DNA of 64,000 nucleotides from Nitrospirales bacterium (GTDB taxonomy: Bacteria > Nitrospirota > Nitrospiria > Nitrospirales > UBA8639), in NCBI GenBank assembly GCA_963555755.3, contig OY820905.2:1344001-1408000 (forward strand), given 5' to 3'. This document shows positions 41,809 through 52,892 of this stretch, piece by piece; the first letter of the stretch is position 1; each line of letters starts with the position of its first letter. The position numbers and the translations under genes were made by a program. Under the pieces are notes generated by a model. That model was not told the origin of the DNA and made no database searches. It was given only the letters and a program-made list of their open reading frames with translations.

Positions 41809-43014
41809 CTATGTGTGGCCTAGTTGAGCGCGAATGTGCTGGCAGACATAGTCAGCAAAAGGCAAAGAACAGGTAAAGGCGGGCGAAACAGCATTTAAGA
41901 CATGCATGGACCGAGAATCTCCCTCCAGAACAAAATCCATTTCAAGCCTTCGTTTTTTCGTATCAAGCAATTGCGCGCGAATACCTGGCTTTCCCCAAGT
42001 CTCATATCGTTCAGGGGTAATACCCTCCATTAACGATGTGGCGAGCTTCACTAAATGGGTTCGGGAATACTTCTGAATTTCTTCGAACGCCAATCGTTTA
42101 AAGTCAAATTCAGAAAACAAAAATAATCCTGCTTGACGAACCAGCACATCCACTAATTCTGAAAACTTAAAATTCCCAAAACTCTCATATTGTTCCCGCC
42201 AAAAGGCCGGAATCGCCGTTGGACCAATTTTGGCTTTTCCTTGTGCGGTCACGGTCACATGCACACCCAAAAAGGGGTTCCGTAAATCGGGAACAGGATA
42301 GACATTGGTCCGTATTGTTCCAGGTGGTTCATTGGAATAGAGATAGAGTCCTTTAAATGGGAGAATGCGATAGTGCTCGGAAAACCCAAAATCTCGAGCA
42401 ATGTGATCCGCGTATAACCCTGCGGCATTCACGATGTAACCAGCGTCATAAGAGTCCTGCGAGCACTGAACGACGGCACCCCGTCTGGACTGATATCCGC
42501 TATCATAATGAATTTCCACACCTTCGTGTTGAGCATCACTGACCATCGCGTTCACCACTTCAGTGGGATCCACTGTGGCAGTGGTTGGGGAATACAGGGC
42601 CCGCTCCCACGTTTTCACCCGCGGTTCGATTTCCTTGGCCTCCGCTTCGGTGATTTCTTGTAAGGGAATGCCATTTGCCTTTCCCCGTTGGACTAGCTCA
42701 TCCATCGCCGAAAGCTCGGCATGATCTTTTGCGACCACCAGCTTTCCACACTGATTGAGGTGAATCTTTTTTTCTTGGCAATACTCTCGAAGTCTTTCAT
42801 TACCTTGACGTGTTAACTGAGCTTTTAAGCTGTCTGGCGAATAGTAAAACCCGGCATGCAGCACACCACTATTGCGACCACTGGCATGCAACCCACAGGC
42901 GGATTCTTTTTCAAGAATGACCACGGAGGAATCCGTATAGAGGTGTTTTAATTGGCGAGCGATGCTCAGTCCGATAACACCTCCACCAATAATCAGAAAA
43001 TCCGGTTTACGCAT
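41809..43014 (-). CDS. lhgO: L-2-hydroxyglutarate oxidase-like FAD oxidoreductase
   Basis: GGGVIG, SGRNSGVLHAG, PFLGVH, GIRAQ, NAVSPAFT. Confidence 0.9.
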   Translation of the reverse strand: MRKPDFLIIGGGVIGLSIARQLKHLYTDSSVVILEKESACGLHASGRNSGVLHAGFYYSPDSLKAQLTRQGNERLREYCQEKKIHLNQCGKLVVAKDHAELSAMDELVQRGKANGIPLQEITEAEAKEIEPRVKTWERALYSPTTATVDPTEVVNAMVSDAQHEGVEIHYDSGYQSRRGAVVQCSQDSYDAGYIVNAAGLYADHIARDFGFSEHYRILPFKGLYLYSNEPPGTIRTNVYPVPDLRNPFLGVHVTVTAQGKAKIGPTAIPAFWREQYESFGNFKFSELVDVLVRQAGLFLFSEFDFKRLAFEEIQKYSRTHLVKLATSLMEGITPERYETWGKPGIRAQLLDTKKRRLEMDFVLEGDSRSMHVLNAVSPAFTCSLPFADYVCQHIRAQLGHT

Positions 43015-43401
43015 AAGAATTAAATCTCCTCCCCCGATATGTTAAGGGTCCGTCACGATATCCCCGGTACAAGCGGGAGGCCCATATTTGTGATCGGGAA
43101 GGGAGCATCGCGAGACGATGTGACCGAGAAGCGGTTCTGTCGCAAATAATAGAATTGTGAGTTACGCCACTGGTTTTCATGTTGGACCAAGTTGAAAAAC
43201 TCCAGTAAAGTTGACAATTCTCGTCTGCGGGACACGGAGATAAAACCCCTTATTGCCTTCAAAGACATTGTTTGCGACAGAACCCTAGTTTCTAGATACC
43301 TCATTGAGAGACGCTACGCCGCACTCGTAGAGGATCTGAAACAGTTACCGCAACTTTTAAGGGTTCCTAAAAAAATAGGCAATAGAACTTCTGGCACTAT
43401 T

Positions 43402-43755
43402 GGGAATAGGAATTTTAAAAGGCCTTTTTGACTGAGCTGCAACGTACCAACGAACGCGGTGAGGGGTCCATCCGCACACTTCGCCGTCTGAAAGGCGGGA
43501 GTGCATCCGGTGAGTCGGGGCTTCCTGGCCCTTTTGCCAGGGATTATGCCAAATCTGTTGTTTGCTCGTGACGTGTAGGGTGGAAACGGGCAAAGGGGGA
43601 GTGTCGGTTCGGGTGCCGAACCGGAATCCGGGGAGGGATTAGGCTGTTTGCATGAATGCGTCGAGGCGGGCTGGGGCTCGTGGTGGGGCGCGGCGGGGTA
43701 GGCCCAGGTGGCCCAGAATCTTGATGATCACGGTGGGATCTTCGATCGCCGCGAG
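43402..43755 (-). pseudogene. IS91/ISCR-like transposase 3' remnant with oriIS-like end
   Basis: 43755-43639 reads AAIEDPTVIIKILGHLGLPRRAPPRAPAR; CCTTTTAAAATTCCTATTCCC at about 43402-43422 resembles oriIS. Confidence 0.7.
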
Positions 43756-43988
43756 GTATTGGGGTCGAGTCTTTTGTTGAGAGTTTGCACTCTGGCTCGT
43801 TCCCTTTCCCCTTTCCATTTTTTGTTATTAATTTTTCATTTATCATTTTTCATTGTCATTTCACCTTCGGTTCTGAGGAGGTGGGATTGTTGAATGAGTC
43901 AACACAAGACTTGAACACCCAATTGACCCCAATAAAAAAAGGTAGGACTTGAAACTCTCAACAAAAGACTTGACCCCTATTTTGACTA

Positions 43989-44228
43989 CTATTTGACCCA
44001 TATTCTATTATTGCGTACTGAGCACGCAACTTTTAAGTCAAAAAAATACCCAATAGGAACATCCAAGGCCGTAGCCAATTTTGAAATTGTGTGGCCGCCA
44101 TGAGTTTGCTTGGCATTTTCGTAAAAACCAATAACAGCATGATTATAAAGCCTCATCCTGTCGGCAAGATCAGTCATAGTAAGACCAAGTTCAATTCGTC
44201 GAATTTTGATTTTTTCGTGAACAAACAT
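43989..44228 (-). CDS. XRE-family HTH protein (Cro-like; alternative start 44267)
   Basis: IKIRRIELGLTMTDLA..IGFYEN..KLATALDV. Confidence 0.82.
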   Translation of the reverse strand: MFVHEKIKIRRIELGLTMTDLADRMRLYNHAVIGFYENAKQTHGGHTISKLATALDVPIGYFFDLKVACSVRNNRIWVK

Positions 44229-44314
44229 AAATGCATTGTATTTGCGTGCGTGCTGAGTTGTCACCATATTTTTTAGTATTTAATAAAAATGCTATGCTAT
44301 AATTTCAGATAATT

Positions 44315-45268
44315 ATGAGTGATTTGAGCAAATACTCAGAAGATTATTTAGTAAACAATCTGCTTGATTCAGATTGGAGGAATGTAACATTCCATAATAT
44401 TTTTAAAGTAATTCTGGATACGGGATTTTGGACACCCGCGAATATGGGAGAGAACCTAGGCGTTACGGCAAATACAGTTTACCGTTATATTAAAGGGACG
44501 GTATACCCAAGCAGTGAGGTAGTTCAAAAGATTGCGGAAATGGGGAACTTAAACGCTGATCATTTATTAGGGCTTGTAGCCAGAGAAAAATCCGCAAAAC
44601 TACAAAAACGAAAAGGCCTTAACGAGTCAGAGTTTCCAAAGTCTGTAACTGGCACGGAAATGAAGACCCCGCCAGACCTCGCTGCCAATTCCTTCTTAAG
44701 GGATGGCCTTGATGAGGAAACGAGAAAATTATTTGAATGGTTTAATGTTGAATTTCCGAGGATTAACCCTCCTCAATTTCTGAATGTTGCGATTGAATAT
44801 TACATTGCAGATCTACGAAAGTTTGGGTTTAACCAGAATACATGGTTCCCTAAGGCCCCCCATCTGGAGCAGGAAGCCCTTGGGCAGCCTATCGCTGCCG
44901 AACCGAAATCTATGTACGGCGTGAGGGTCTTAAAAAATCTGGAAACCGTCAGAGTGCATCTGGACCAGTCTGGATTAGGTTTATATCCCAATTGGTACGA
45001 GGGTGACCTGCAAATATTCCAAGAAGACTATGAATATGGGCCTGGAGAGATATGGGTGTGTCGCCTTAAACAAAATACCTTTTTTAAGGCTGTTGGGCGT
45101 GCAAGAGATGTCGCGATCATTACGTTCTATGAAGGTTGGGACAAGCGACTTGAACGGCGACGGCTTGAACATCAAAAACAACCAAAGAAGAAGCCGGCAC
45201 CAATCATTATCCTACCCAAACGGGAAAAAAAGGCCTGGGATAAATCAGGGCCTAATGTTGCCTATTAA
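44315..45268 (+). CDS. CI-like repressor: XRE HTH plus divergent S24-like C-terminal region
   Basis: LGVTANTVYRYIKG..PS HTH; divergent from the Cro-like gene. Confidence 0.7.
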   Translation: MSDLSKYSEDYLVNNLLDSDWRNVTFHNIFKVILDTGFWTPANMGENLGVTANTVYRYIKGTVYPSSEVVQKIAEMGNLNADHLLGLVAREKSAKLQKRKGLNESEFPKSVTGTEMKTPPDLAANSFLRDGLDEETRKLFEWFNVEFPRINPPQFLNVAIEYYIADLRKFGFNQNTWFPKAPHLEQEALGQPIAAEPKSMYGVRVLKNLETVRVHLDQSGLGLYPNWYEGDLQIFQEDYEYGPGEIWVCRLKQNTFFKAVGRARDVAIITFYEGWDKRLERRRLEHQKQPKKKPAPIIILPKREKKAWDKSGPNVAY

Positions 45269-45367
45269 TGGTGGCATAAAATCGAAATCACGATTCGTAT
45301 GACTCGAATAGTTTGACATCTATTAGATTTTCCTCAATTTGCCTACAATATAGGTCAAAGGGGCGGG

Positions 45368-45844
45368 TTGAGGATGAATGGGGATCATCAGAAACTATTT
45401 TCCGAGCATTGGCCTGGAGAAAAATCATTTGTAGGGGGTAGTGAGTATGAGCCGTCACGGTTTAATTATTGGATTGCCGAGGAGCCCTATCTCCAACCCC
45501 TGAAGGGGTTCATGCTTACGATATGCCGGGAAGCCAAACACGATGCAGCCCCTCATCATATCGCCATAGTGGATCATGAGGGTGTGTTGCGTGGGTGTGC
45601 ATCGTGTCATGAAAACCAATGGACCCGGCAGATTCACGCCACGCATTCAAGTAATTTTACCGCGATACTGAACGCAGAGGATCAACGTAAAGTTGATTGG
45701 CAATTGCGCCAGGTTTTAACTAGCGGGGAACAAGTGGAATTGAGCATCTGGTTTCATTGTGCGATGCGGAGCATACCCATGTGGGTAGAATTACGCCGAA
45801 TAGAATCACAGCTCGCAGGAATGATCATCTGGGAATTGCAGTAA
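45368..45844 (+). CDS. Stand-alone PAS-like protein with CxxCH motif
   Basis: IAIVDHEG, ILNAED..V..LRQVLTSG and MWVEL resemble PAS segments; CASCH. Confidence 0.55.
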   Translation: MRMNGDHQKLFSEHWPGEKSFVGGSEYEPSRFNYWIAEEPYLQPLKGFMLTICREAKHDAAPHHIAIVDHEGVLRGCASCHENQWTRQIHATHSSNFTAILNAEDQRKVDWQLRQVLTSGEQVELSIWFHCAMRSIPMWVELRRIESQLAGMIIWELQ

Positions 45845-46019
45845 ATACAGTCTCTTTTTTTGCCCATGCAAGACATTTGTCTCTGGATGGATGGACTATC
45901 AGATGTGGGATTTCATTATTGAAAGTCTCGAAGGCATTTTTATCGGAATCTTTAATACCGGAAGGTGAGGGAGCAGCGCCATGAGAACGTTAATACTTCT
46001 CCTGTCAATATTCATGCTA

Positions 46020-47195
46020 GTGTAGTGTATTAAATAGATTAATGATATAGTGGAGGCACGTGACTCACCAATAATAATGGAGGTCTCATGCCTGCTCAAA
46101 TACCCATTCATTTATCAGCCGACGAAACGAAGCAACTTAAAAAGAACCGACGGAGCCGGAAGACGCCGGTCCGCTTATTGGAACGCTCACGGATTGTCTT
46201 ACTCGCGGCCGAAGGGATTCCCAATTACCAAATCGCCAGAACCCTGCAGATTGATGTGAACAAGGTGGGGCGGTGGCGAAATCGTTTCGCGGAGCGGAGG
46301 CTGGCCGGCATTGAGAAAGACTTGCCGCGCGGGGCCAATCATGGCGGCAAGAACTCCGCAGCACAAGCGAAACTGCGGTCGAAGATCATTGCCCTGACGA
46401 CGCAGGCCACCCCGAAAGACGCCACCCATTGGTCGACCCGCGGGCTGGCCCACGTTCTGGGGATCAACCATTCCTTCGTGAATCGAGTCTGGCGGGAAGT
46501 GGGGCTGAAACCGCATCTCACGATGCAGTTCAAGGTGAGTACGGATCCAGCTTTTGAGGCAAAACTCCACGATGTGGTGGGACTCTATTGAGCCCCGCCA
46601 GAGAAGGCGGTGGTGTTCTGCATCGATGAGAAGAGTTCGATTCAAGCGCTGGATCGGACGCAACCAGGCTTACCGATGAAGCCTGGGCGATGCGGCACGA
46701 TGACGCACGACTATAAACGGCATGGCACCAGCACCTTATTTGCGGCATTGAATACCCTGACAGGAGAAGTGATTGGTCAATGCCGCCAACGACATACCCA
46801 TAAGGAGTTCCTGACTTTCTTACAGAAAGTCGAAAAGCAGACCCCCAAGGACTTGGCCTTGCATCTGATTGTGGACAATTATGCGACCCATAAACATCAG
46901 AAAATCACAACATGGCTGAAGCGACACCCACGGGTGCAGTTGCACTTTATTCCCACGAGTTCATCGTGGCTCAATTTAGTGGAAAGATTTTTTGGGTTAT
47001 TGACAGACAAGCAATTGCGGCGAGGGGTCTTCACCTCGGTCAAAGAGTTGGAGAGAACCATCATGCAATTTATCACCACGCATAACCACAACAAGAAACC
47101 GTTTGTTTGGACCAAGTCGGCGGAAGAAATTTTGGTGAAAGTCGGGCGGGCGCGTCAAGCCCTCTCATATCAGTAGTCAGTTTAATACACTACAC
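46020..47195 (+). mobile_element. IS630-family insertion sequence
   Basis: TIR GTGTAGTGTATTAAA; TA duplication. Confidence 0.92.
46088..47176 (+). pseudogene. IS630 transposase with in-frame TGA at 46589-46591
   Basis: [31 protein letters not shown]; the two ORFs are in the same frame. Confidence 0.85.
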
Positions 47196-47746
47196 TAGCA
47201 GGGTGCGTCTCGACCGAATTAACAAGTTATAAAGATCCGAAATTTCCAGCGCATGGATTTACAAGGGGCGCGATTGGCGCAGAGTACGCTGACTTGGGAT
47301 GGCGAGTAAAAATAGAAGAGGGTATTGTTGATGAACTGGCTCGTAATGGGGTGCGCGCTCTTACCGTGATTTCCCTCTACCCACCCACTCAAGAATTTAC
47401 TGTAGCTACGTTTATGGACATCGCGAGAGAGCATGAAATTGAGGCTCTCTTGGTGGTGGATATTCGTGAGGCCTGGTCTGCGTATTCACTTGATAGGGGG
47501 ACGAGTAGTTATAGCCCACGAGTGAAAATACAAACTCGAATATACGATCTGAGCAACAGTGAAATTGTTTGGATGGCGGACTCTCAGTCCAAGGGCAACA
47601 ACGTCTTGAACTTCACCTTGGTCAATGCCAATTTTGAATTACTGAGGGATTCGTATACCCAGCGATTAGTCCAAGAGCTTACAGCTCAAGGTCTGCTTGT
47701 GAAAACCTTTACTCCACCACCTCGACCAAATAACGAAAGCGAGTGA

Positions 47747-48837
47747 ATGGCCAAATCCAATAACCCCGACCGTGGGCTAGAACACGTTGGTAAGCAATGG
47801 CGGGGGCGGTTCACTTACCACAATAAAGTGACTCGGTCTCCTCTCTTCCCCACAAAGACTGAAGCCCGCGCCTATTATACAAAAGCCAAGACTGCCGAAC
47901 GATTGGGTAAGGCCTTCCCCGAACTCGTCTCAGGGTTCATGAAAGGTCCGCTCATGACGGACGTGATTGAGCAGTACCTCCGCCCGATTACCCGGAAGAA
48001 AGCCGAGAAGGGTGAACGTGGCATGGCCGACCATTGGAAGGAGCGGTTTGAGTCAGGCGTATTACCAGAGCCATGGTGCAGCATGAGCGGGAGGCGTTAG
48101 CCCAACGACGGACACATAGGAAGTCTGACCTCGACGATGGAAAACTCATCTCACTTACCAGGGTCAATCGCTATATCTCCTGTCTTAGTCGAATCTTTAC
48201 CTATTACTCCGCCAAGACCAAAGCCCCACATAATCCGTGCTTAGACTTGAGGCCCAGGACATACCCTGAACCTAAAGGCGTAGCTGACTATTACACGGAC
48301 AAGGAAAAGGTGGATATCGGTGACGCGCTAGGGAAAATCAGTCAGGAATGGGCTGACGCGTGGTGGTTTAATTTGCTTACCGGGGCTCGAAGAAGCGAAC
48401 AATTCAAGATGCCGAAGTCGGCCATCAAGTGGGACCTTGGCTACGCCAAGCTGCCAGAGACCACGAGCGGAAACCCCAAGCAAATTTTATTGGAGCGTCA
48501 GGCTATTGTTATCTTAAGGAGGCAATGCAAACGATACCCTCAAAGCCCTTGGGTCTGGCCATCACGTACCAATCCCGACAAGCCAATACATATGGAGAAT
48601 TTCTATAACCGTGTGTTCAGGCCAGTGTGCACCGAGCTGAAGATTGACCCCGAGAAGGTCTGGCATAGTGGGAGGCATACATGGGCTTCAGATTTACTCG
48701 AAGTGACTGGAGATTTAAGGCTGGTACAGCAGGCCGGAGATTGGAAGAGTTTTGATGCGGTACAGATCTATGCGAGGGTGAGGAATGAGCGTATCAGGAA
48801 GGGCTTGCAAGACCTCGAAAAGAAGGTCACAGGCTGA
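47747..48837 (+). pseudogene. Tyrosine integrase, frameshifted near 48050-48100
   Basis: TGARRSE, HSGRH, W and QIYA catalytic motifs in 48073-48837; N-terminal part in another frame. Confidence 0.85.
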
Positions 48838-48918
48838 AATGGAATTGCCATTTAATTGCCACTATTCAGTTGTCAGATTTTACCGTACAACTCAACTATT
48901 TGTTTTTAAAGGTGTTTT

Positions 48919-48993
48919 TGGAGCGGGTGAGGAGATTCGAACTCCCGACCAACGGCTTGGGAAGCCGATGCGCTACCACTGCGCTACACCCGC
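48919..48993 (-). tRNA. tRNA-Gly(CCC)
   Basis: Cloverleaf with anticodon loop TTCCCAA, TTCGAAT T-loop and encoded CCA. Confidence 0.96.
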
Positions 48994-49219
48994 TCAAATA
49001 GTGGTGAACGGCATTCTAGACAGGGGTCAGAAGTCAAGTCAAGGTAAGCGAGGATTGTGTGATTTTTTGCATTCTTGGATTCTTATACACGAATATGTCT
49101 ATTGCAAAACTCCTCCTCACCCTAGCCCTCTCCTCCTGCATGCAGGAGAGGGAATATGATATGTCTGACCACCCCCATGCAAAAAGGAAATGGTAGCGCG
49201 ATTGCAACACTGACACATT

Positions 49220-50446
49220 CTACTCAAGATTGACTTTCACTAACGCATATTTTCGTTTGCCGATTTTCATTTGGTAGTCATTGCCGTCTTGGAACTCAAT
49301 AACCGCGTTCACGTCTTGGTATCGTTCTTTGTTGATGACTACAGCGCCTTGGGTAATTAACCTTCGGGTTTCTCCTTTGCTTGGCGTGAGTCTGGTTCGC
49401 ATAATGAGATCAACGAGACCCATTGATGGGGTCGCGGGATCTGCGAAGTCTGCCTTTTTGAGTATGACCGTGGCATCTGGTTCGTCCGGAAACTCACGTT
49501 TTCGAAATTTCTGCTGGAATTCTTCTTTGCCTTGTTGTGCCCCTTCCACACCGTGATATCGGCTGACGATGTGTTGCGCCAATGCGATCTTCGCTTCCAT
49601 AGGATGTTGTTTCTTCACGGCCTCAAGATTATCCGAGGTGAGCAGTTCGTAGTACCGCAACATGAGTTCATCGCTGATCGACATGACTTTCCCGAACATG
49701 TCACCCGGTAGATCTTCCAAGGCAATATAATTGCCAAAGCTTTTGCTCATCTTACGAACACCATCAGTGCCTTCTAATAACGGCATCGTGATGACCACTT
49801 GTGGCGTTTGCCCATAGGCTCGCTGCAAGTCACGCCCAACGAGCAAATTAAATTTCTGATCTGTCCCACCGAGTTCCACATCGGCCTTGAGTGCCACTGA
49901 GTCATACCCCTGCACTAAGGGATACAGAAACTCATGCACACTGATGGGCTTTTGATCACGGTACCGCTTGGAAAAATCATCGCGCTCTAACATACGAGCG
50001 ACGCTATAGTGGGAGCATAGTTCTACCAACTCTTCGGCCCCCATTTTTTCCATCCATCGGCTGTTAAATTCAATGCGTGTTTTGTCAGGATCGAGCGTTT
50101 TGAAAATCTGCTGTTCGTAGGTCTTGGCGTTGGCACGCACTTGATCTTTCGTCAGGGCATTGCGTGTTTCGGAAACTCCGGTCGGATCACCGATCATACC
50201 GGTAAAATCACCGATGAGGAAAATCACTTCGTGCCCGAGTTCTTGAAAATGCCGGAGTTTTTGAATCAACACGGTGTGCCCAAGATGAAGGTCAGGGGCC
50301 GTGGGATCAAACCCGGCTTTGATACGAAGAGGGCGACCTTCTTTTAACGAGGCAGTCAGGCGAGTTTCTAGCTCTTTTTCCTGGATGATTTCGACAGTAC
50401 CCCGTCGAATGAGATTTAGTTGACGGGTGAGTTCTGTGTTTACCAT
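49220..50446 (-). CDS. tyrS: Tyrosine-tRNA ligase
   Basis: [27 protein letters not shown]-terminal S4 domain. Confidence 0.97.
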   Translation of the reverse strand: MVNTELTRQLNLIRRGTVEIIQEKELETRLTASLKEGRPLRIKAGFDPTAPDLHLGHTVLIQKLRHFQELGHEVIFLIGDFTGMIGDPTGVSETRNALTKDQVRANAKTYEQQIFKTLDPDKTRIEFNSRWMEKMGAEELVELCSHYSVARMLERDDFSKRYRDQKPISVHEFLYPLVQGYDSVALKADVELGGTDQKFNLLVGRDLQRAYGQTPQVVITMPLLEGTDGVRKMSKSFGNYIALEDLPGDMFGKVMSISDELMLRYYELLTSDNLEAVKKQHPMEAKIALAQHIVSRYHGVEGAQQGKEEFQQKFRKREFPDEPDATVILKKADFADPATPSMGLVDLIMRTRLTPSKGETRRLITQGAVVINKERYQDVNAVIEFQDGNDYQMKIGKRKYALVKVNLE

Positions 50447-50550
50447 TCCAATCTTTCTACTATAAATGTTCCAACCCCTCACCCTGTCCTCTCCCCTCAG
50501 GGGCGAGGGGAAGACAGAGGAAAGGTGATTGGGAAACGTGAAATACCATA

Positions 50551-50973
50551 TTAGCCTTGTGGCTTCGTTGCACTAGCTTGGGAGATAACATTGATCAAGG
50601 GGCGTAAGGCCTGAAGTTTTTTGGTTCCGATTCCTTTCACCTGATCCAAATCTTCGATGGATTGAAAACCTCCGACCCGCATTCGATGCTCGACAATTCG
50701 TTGTGCCAGGATTGGTCCAATGCCGGGCAATGCTTCTAAATCTTGAGCAGTGCTGAGATTTACATCAATGGGTTGCATTGAGGGTTTGTTGTTAAACCTG
50801 TGTTCAACTTTTTTGCTAGAGGGAGATGCCACAGCATGAGTTGGCAACAGGGGATGTTGCTCAGCTAGATGCCCAGTATCCACGCCACGGTTTGGCCCTG
50901 ACCAATTCAAGACTACGAGAAAGGCCAGGGTTCCGGCTAGCATGATTAATTTTATGGCCAGAGAGCGGATCAT
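50551..50973 (-). CDS. comEA: ComEA-family HhH DNA-binding protein
   Basis: N-terminal TM; LPGIGP and VKGIG HhH motifs. Confidence 0.88.
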   Translation of the reverse strand: MIRSLAIKLIMLAGTLAFLVVLNWSGPNRGVDTGHLAEQHPLLPTHAVASPSSKKVEHRFNNKPSMQPIDVNLSTAQDLEALPGIGPILAQRIVEHRMRVGGFQSIEDLDQVKGIGTKKLQALRPLINVISQASATKPQG

Positions 50974-51140
50974 GGTTCGTTTCGATCACTTATTCCCGCT
51001 GCGGGCATGAGGGAGTGTCAGGAGGAGGGGAAATATTTTGAAAATCCCCCTCACCCCCTTTTCCAAAGGGGGGACATTGGAGAAAGAATCACCTTCTTGG
51101 TTTCTCCTGCGCTTGAGGTTTTATCAATACCGCTTTCCGT

Positions 51141-52544
51141 CTACAGGCGCTTCCGCGCTTGATGAATAGCCAATCCTTGAATATCCTCGGCTGCTTCCAT
51201 GAGGGCTTCGGCATGCGTGGGATGCGCATGGATCATCTCAGCCATCTGGGTGGCCGTGGCATTCATGTGCATGGCCATGGCGGCTTCGTGGATGAGATCG
51301 GCGGCATGTGCTCCCACCAAATGCGCCCCAAGGATGGCGTCTGTTTCAGGATGGGCCACCACTTTGGCAAACCCCACGGTATCCCCAACGGCGTGGCTTT
51401 TGCCTAAACCGACATATCGAAACCGCCCCACCTTTGGTTCAATCCCCTGCTCTCGGACCTCCTGTTCGGTAAGACCCACCCGGCCAATTTCCGGAAGCGT
51501 AAAGATTCCCGCAGGAATGACATGATAGTTGATGGTTTGTTCATGGCCTACAATATTTTCTACGGCGACTTTCCCTTGGGCTGAAGCCACATGGGCCAAC
51601 ATGGCTTTTCCGACAACATCTCCGATCGCATATACACCGGACACGTTGGTTTCTAACCGATCGTTGACAGTGATCTCATTTCTCTCTCCCAACATGACGC
51701 CAACTTTTTCTAAACCTAATCCCGTGGTGTTGAACCGGCGCCCGACCGACACGAGAATCATATCGGTTTCCAGTGACGTTCCGTTTTCCAGCGTGACCGT
51801 CGTGGCAGTATCACATCGTGTGACCTTGTCCACTTTCGTACCAGTGTAAAACTGAACTTTACGTTTTTTGAGTTCCCGTTCAATGAGCGCAGAGACCTCT
51901 TCATCTTCCAGTGGCAGAAGTCGCGACATCATTTCAACGATCGTGACTTTCGAGCCAAGCCCGGCATAGAGTGACGCAAACTCACACCCCTCCACGCCCC
52001 CACCGACGATCAGGAGCCTTTCGGGAACACGGTTAATCTCCAATGCCTCTTTGCTGGTGATAACCATTGTTCCGTCTACTGGAAACAGAGGAAGATTTGG
52101 CCACGACGAGCCTGTGGCAAGGATAATTGCGTCCGCCTGAATTGATTCCGAAGTGCCATCGGCTTTTTGAACATTCACTGTTTGCTCGTTTTGTAGTACA
52201 CCTGTCCCTTCAATATGGGTCACGCCCCAGACCTTGAGAAGCGTGGCAATGCCTTTGACCAAACCCGTGACTACACCATTCTTTCGTGCGACCATTTGGA
52301 GGGGATTGAAAGTCATCGGCCCCGCAAGGGAAAGCCCTAAGTCCTCAGCCTTGTTAAGTTTCTCACCAAGGTCGATGACTGACAACAGCGCCTTGCTGGG
52401 GATACAGCCCCAATTCAGACAGACCCCACCTAAGGCTTGATTCTCGATAATCGTCACGTGCGCTCCCAATTGGGCCGCGCGAATGGCCGCGACGTAGCCT
52501 CCAGGACCGGCGCCGACAATCACGATATGTTTGGATTGAGCCAT
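51141..52544 (-). CDS. lpdA: Dihydrolipoyl dehydrogenase
   Basis: GAGPGGY, GGVCLNWGCIPSK, HAHPTHAE; the longer ORF start lies inside a MITE. Confidence 0.95.
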   Translation of the reverse strand: MAQSKHIVIVGAGPGGYVAAIRAAQLGAHVTIIENQALGGVCLNWGCIPSKALLSVIDLGEKLNKAEDLGLSLAGPMTFNPLQMVARKNGVVTGLVKGIATLLKVWGVTHIEGTGVLQNEQTVNVQKADGTSESIQADAIILATGSSWPNLPLFPVDGTMVITSKEALEINRVPERLLIVGGGVEGCEFASLYAGLGSKVTIVEMMSRLLPLEDEEVSALIERELKKRKVQFYTGTKVDKVTRCDTATTVTLENGTSLETDMILVSVGRRFNTTGLGLEKVGVMLGERNEITVNDRLETNVSGVYAIGDVVGKAMLAHVASAQGKVAVENIVGHEQTINYHVIPAGIFTLPEIGRVGLTEQEVREQGIEPKVGRFRYVGLGKSHAVGDTVGFAKVVAHPETDAILGAHLVGAHAADLIHEAAMAMHMNATATQMAEMIHAHPTHAEALMEAAEDIQGLAIHQARKRL

Positions 52545-52546
52545 TA

Positions 52547-52892
52547 GGACCTGAGAGAAAATAACTTGGACATCTCGCGCCAAGATTTGGGTCGGATTTG
52601 GACGGAACGATTGAGGAAAACCCGAGGCATAGCACAGCGATGTTGAGGGTGAGTCGATTGAGGCCCGTTCAACCTAGAAACGGCAGTTGGGCGCAAAAAA
52701 GACGTGTAAGAAATTGGTGTGCATGGTGCAATACAAAAAGTCGTGGTCACCTCAGTGGTGATGAGACCTTTTTGTATTGTGCCAGGTGCGCCAAGGGCTT
52801 GCGCGGACTTTTGTGATCCAGCTGCTGCTTCTAGGTTCAATGACGGCCCGAAGATTGGATGCGAGTTGTCCAAGTTATTTTCTCTCAGATCC
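52547..52892. repeat. MITE family B containing family C (52673-52835)
   Basis: TTA on both flanks; inner element flanked by TTCAA. Confidence 0.9.

Larger units (their letters stand above)
45981..47746 (+). pseudogene. Lipoprotein gene interrupted by IS630
   Basis: Removing the IS and one TA gives MRTLILLLSIFMLAGCVSTELTSYKDP.. in frame with ORF 47294-47746; LAGC lipobox. Confidence 0.85.
29011..48963. mobile_element. Genomic island / prophage-like remnant integrated at tRNA-Gly(CCC)
   Basis: 46-bp direct repeats, tyrosine integrase next to the tRNA, many IS elements, visibly AT-richer cargo. Confidence 0.88.
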
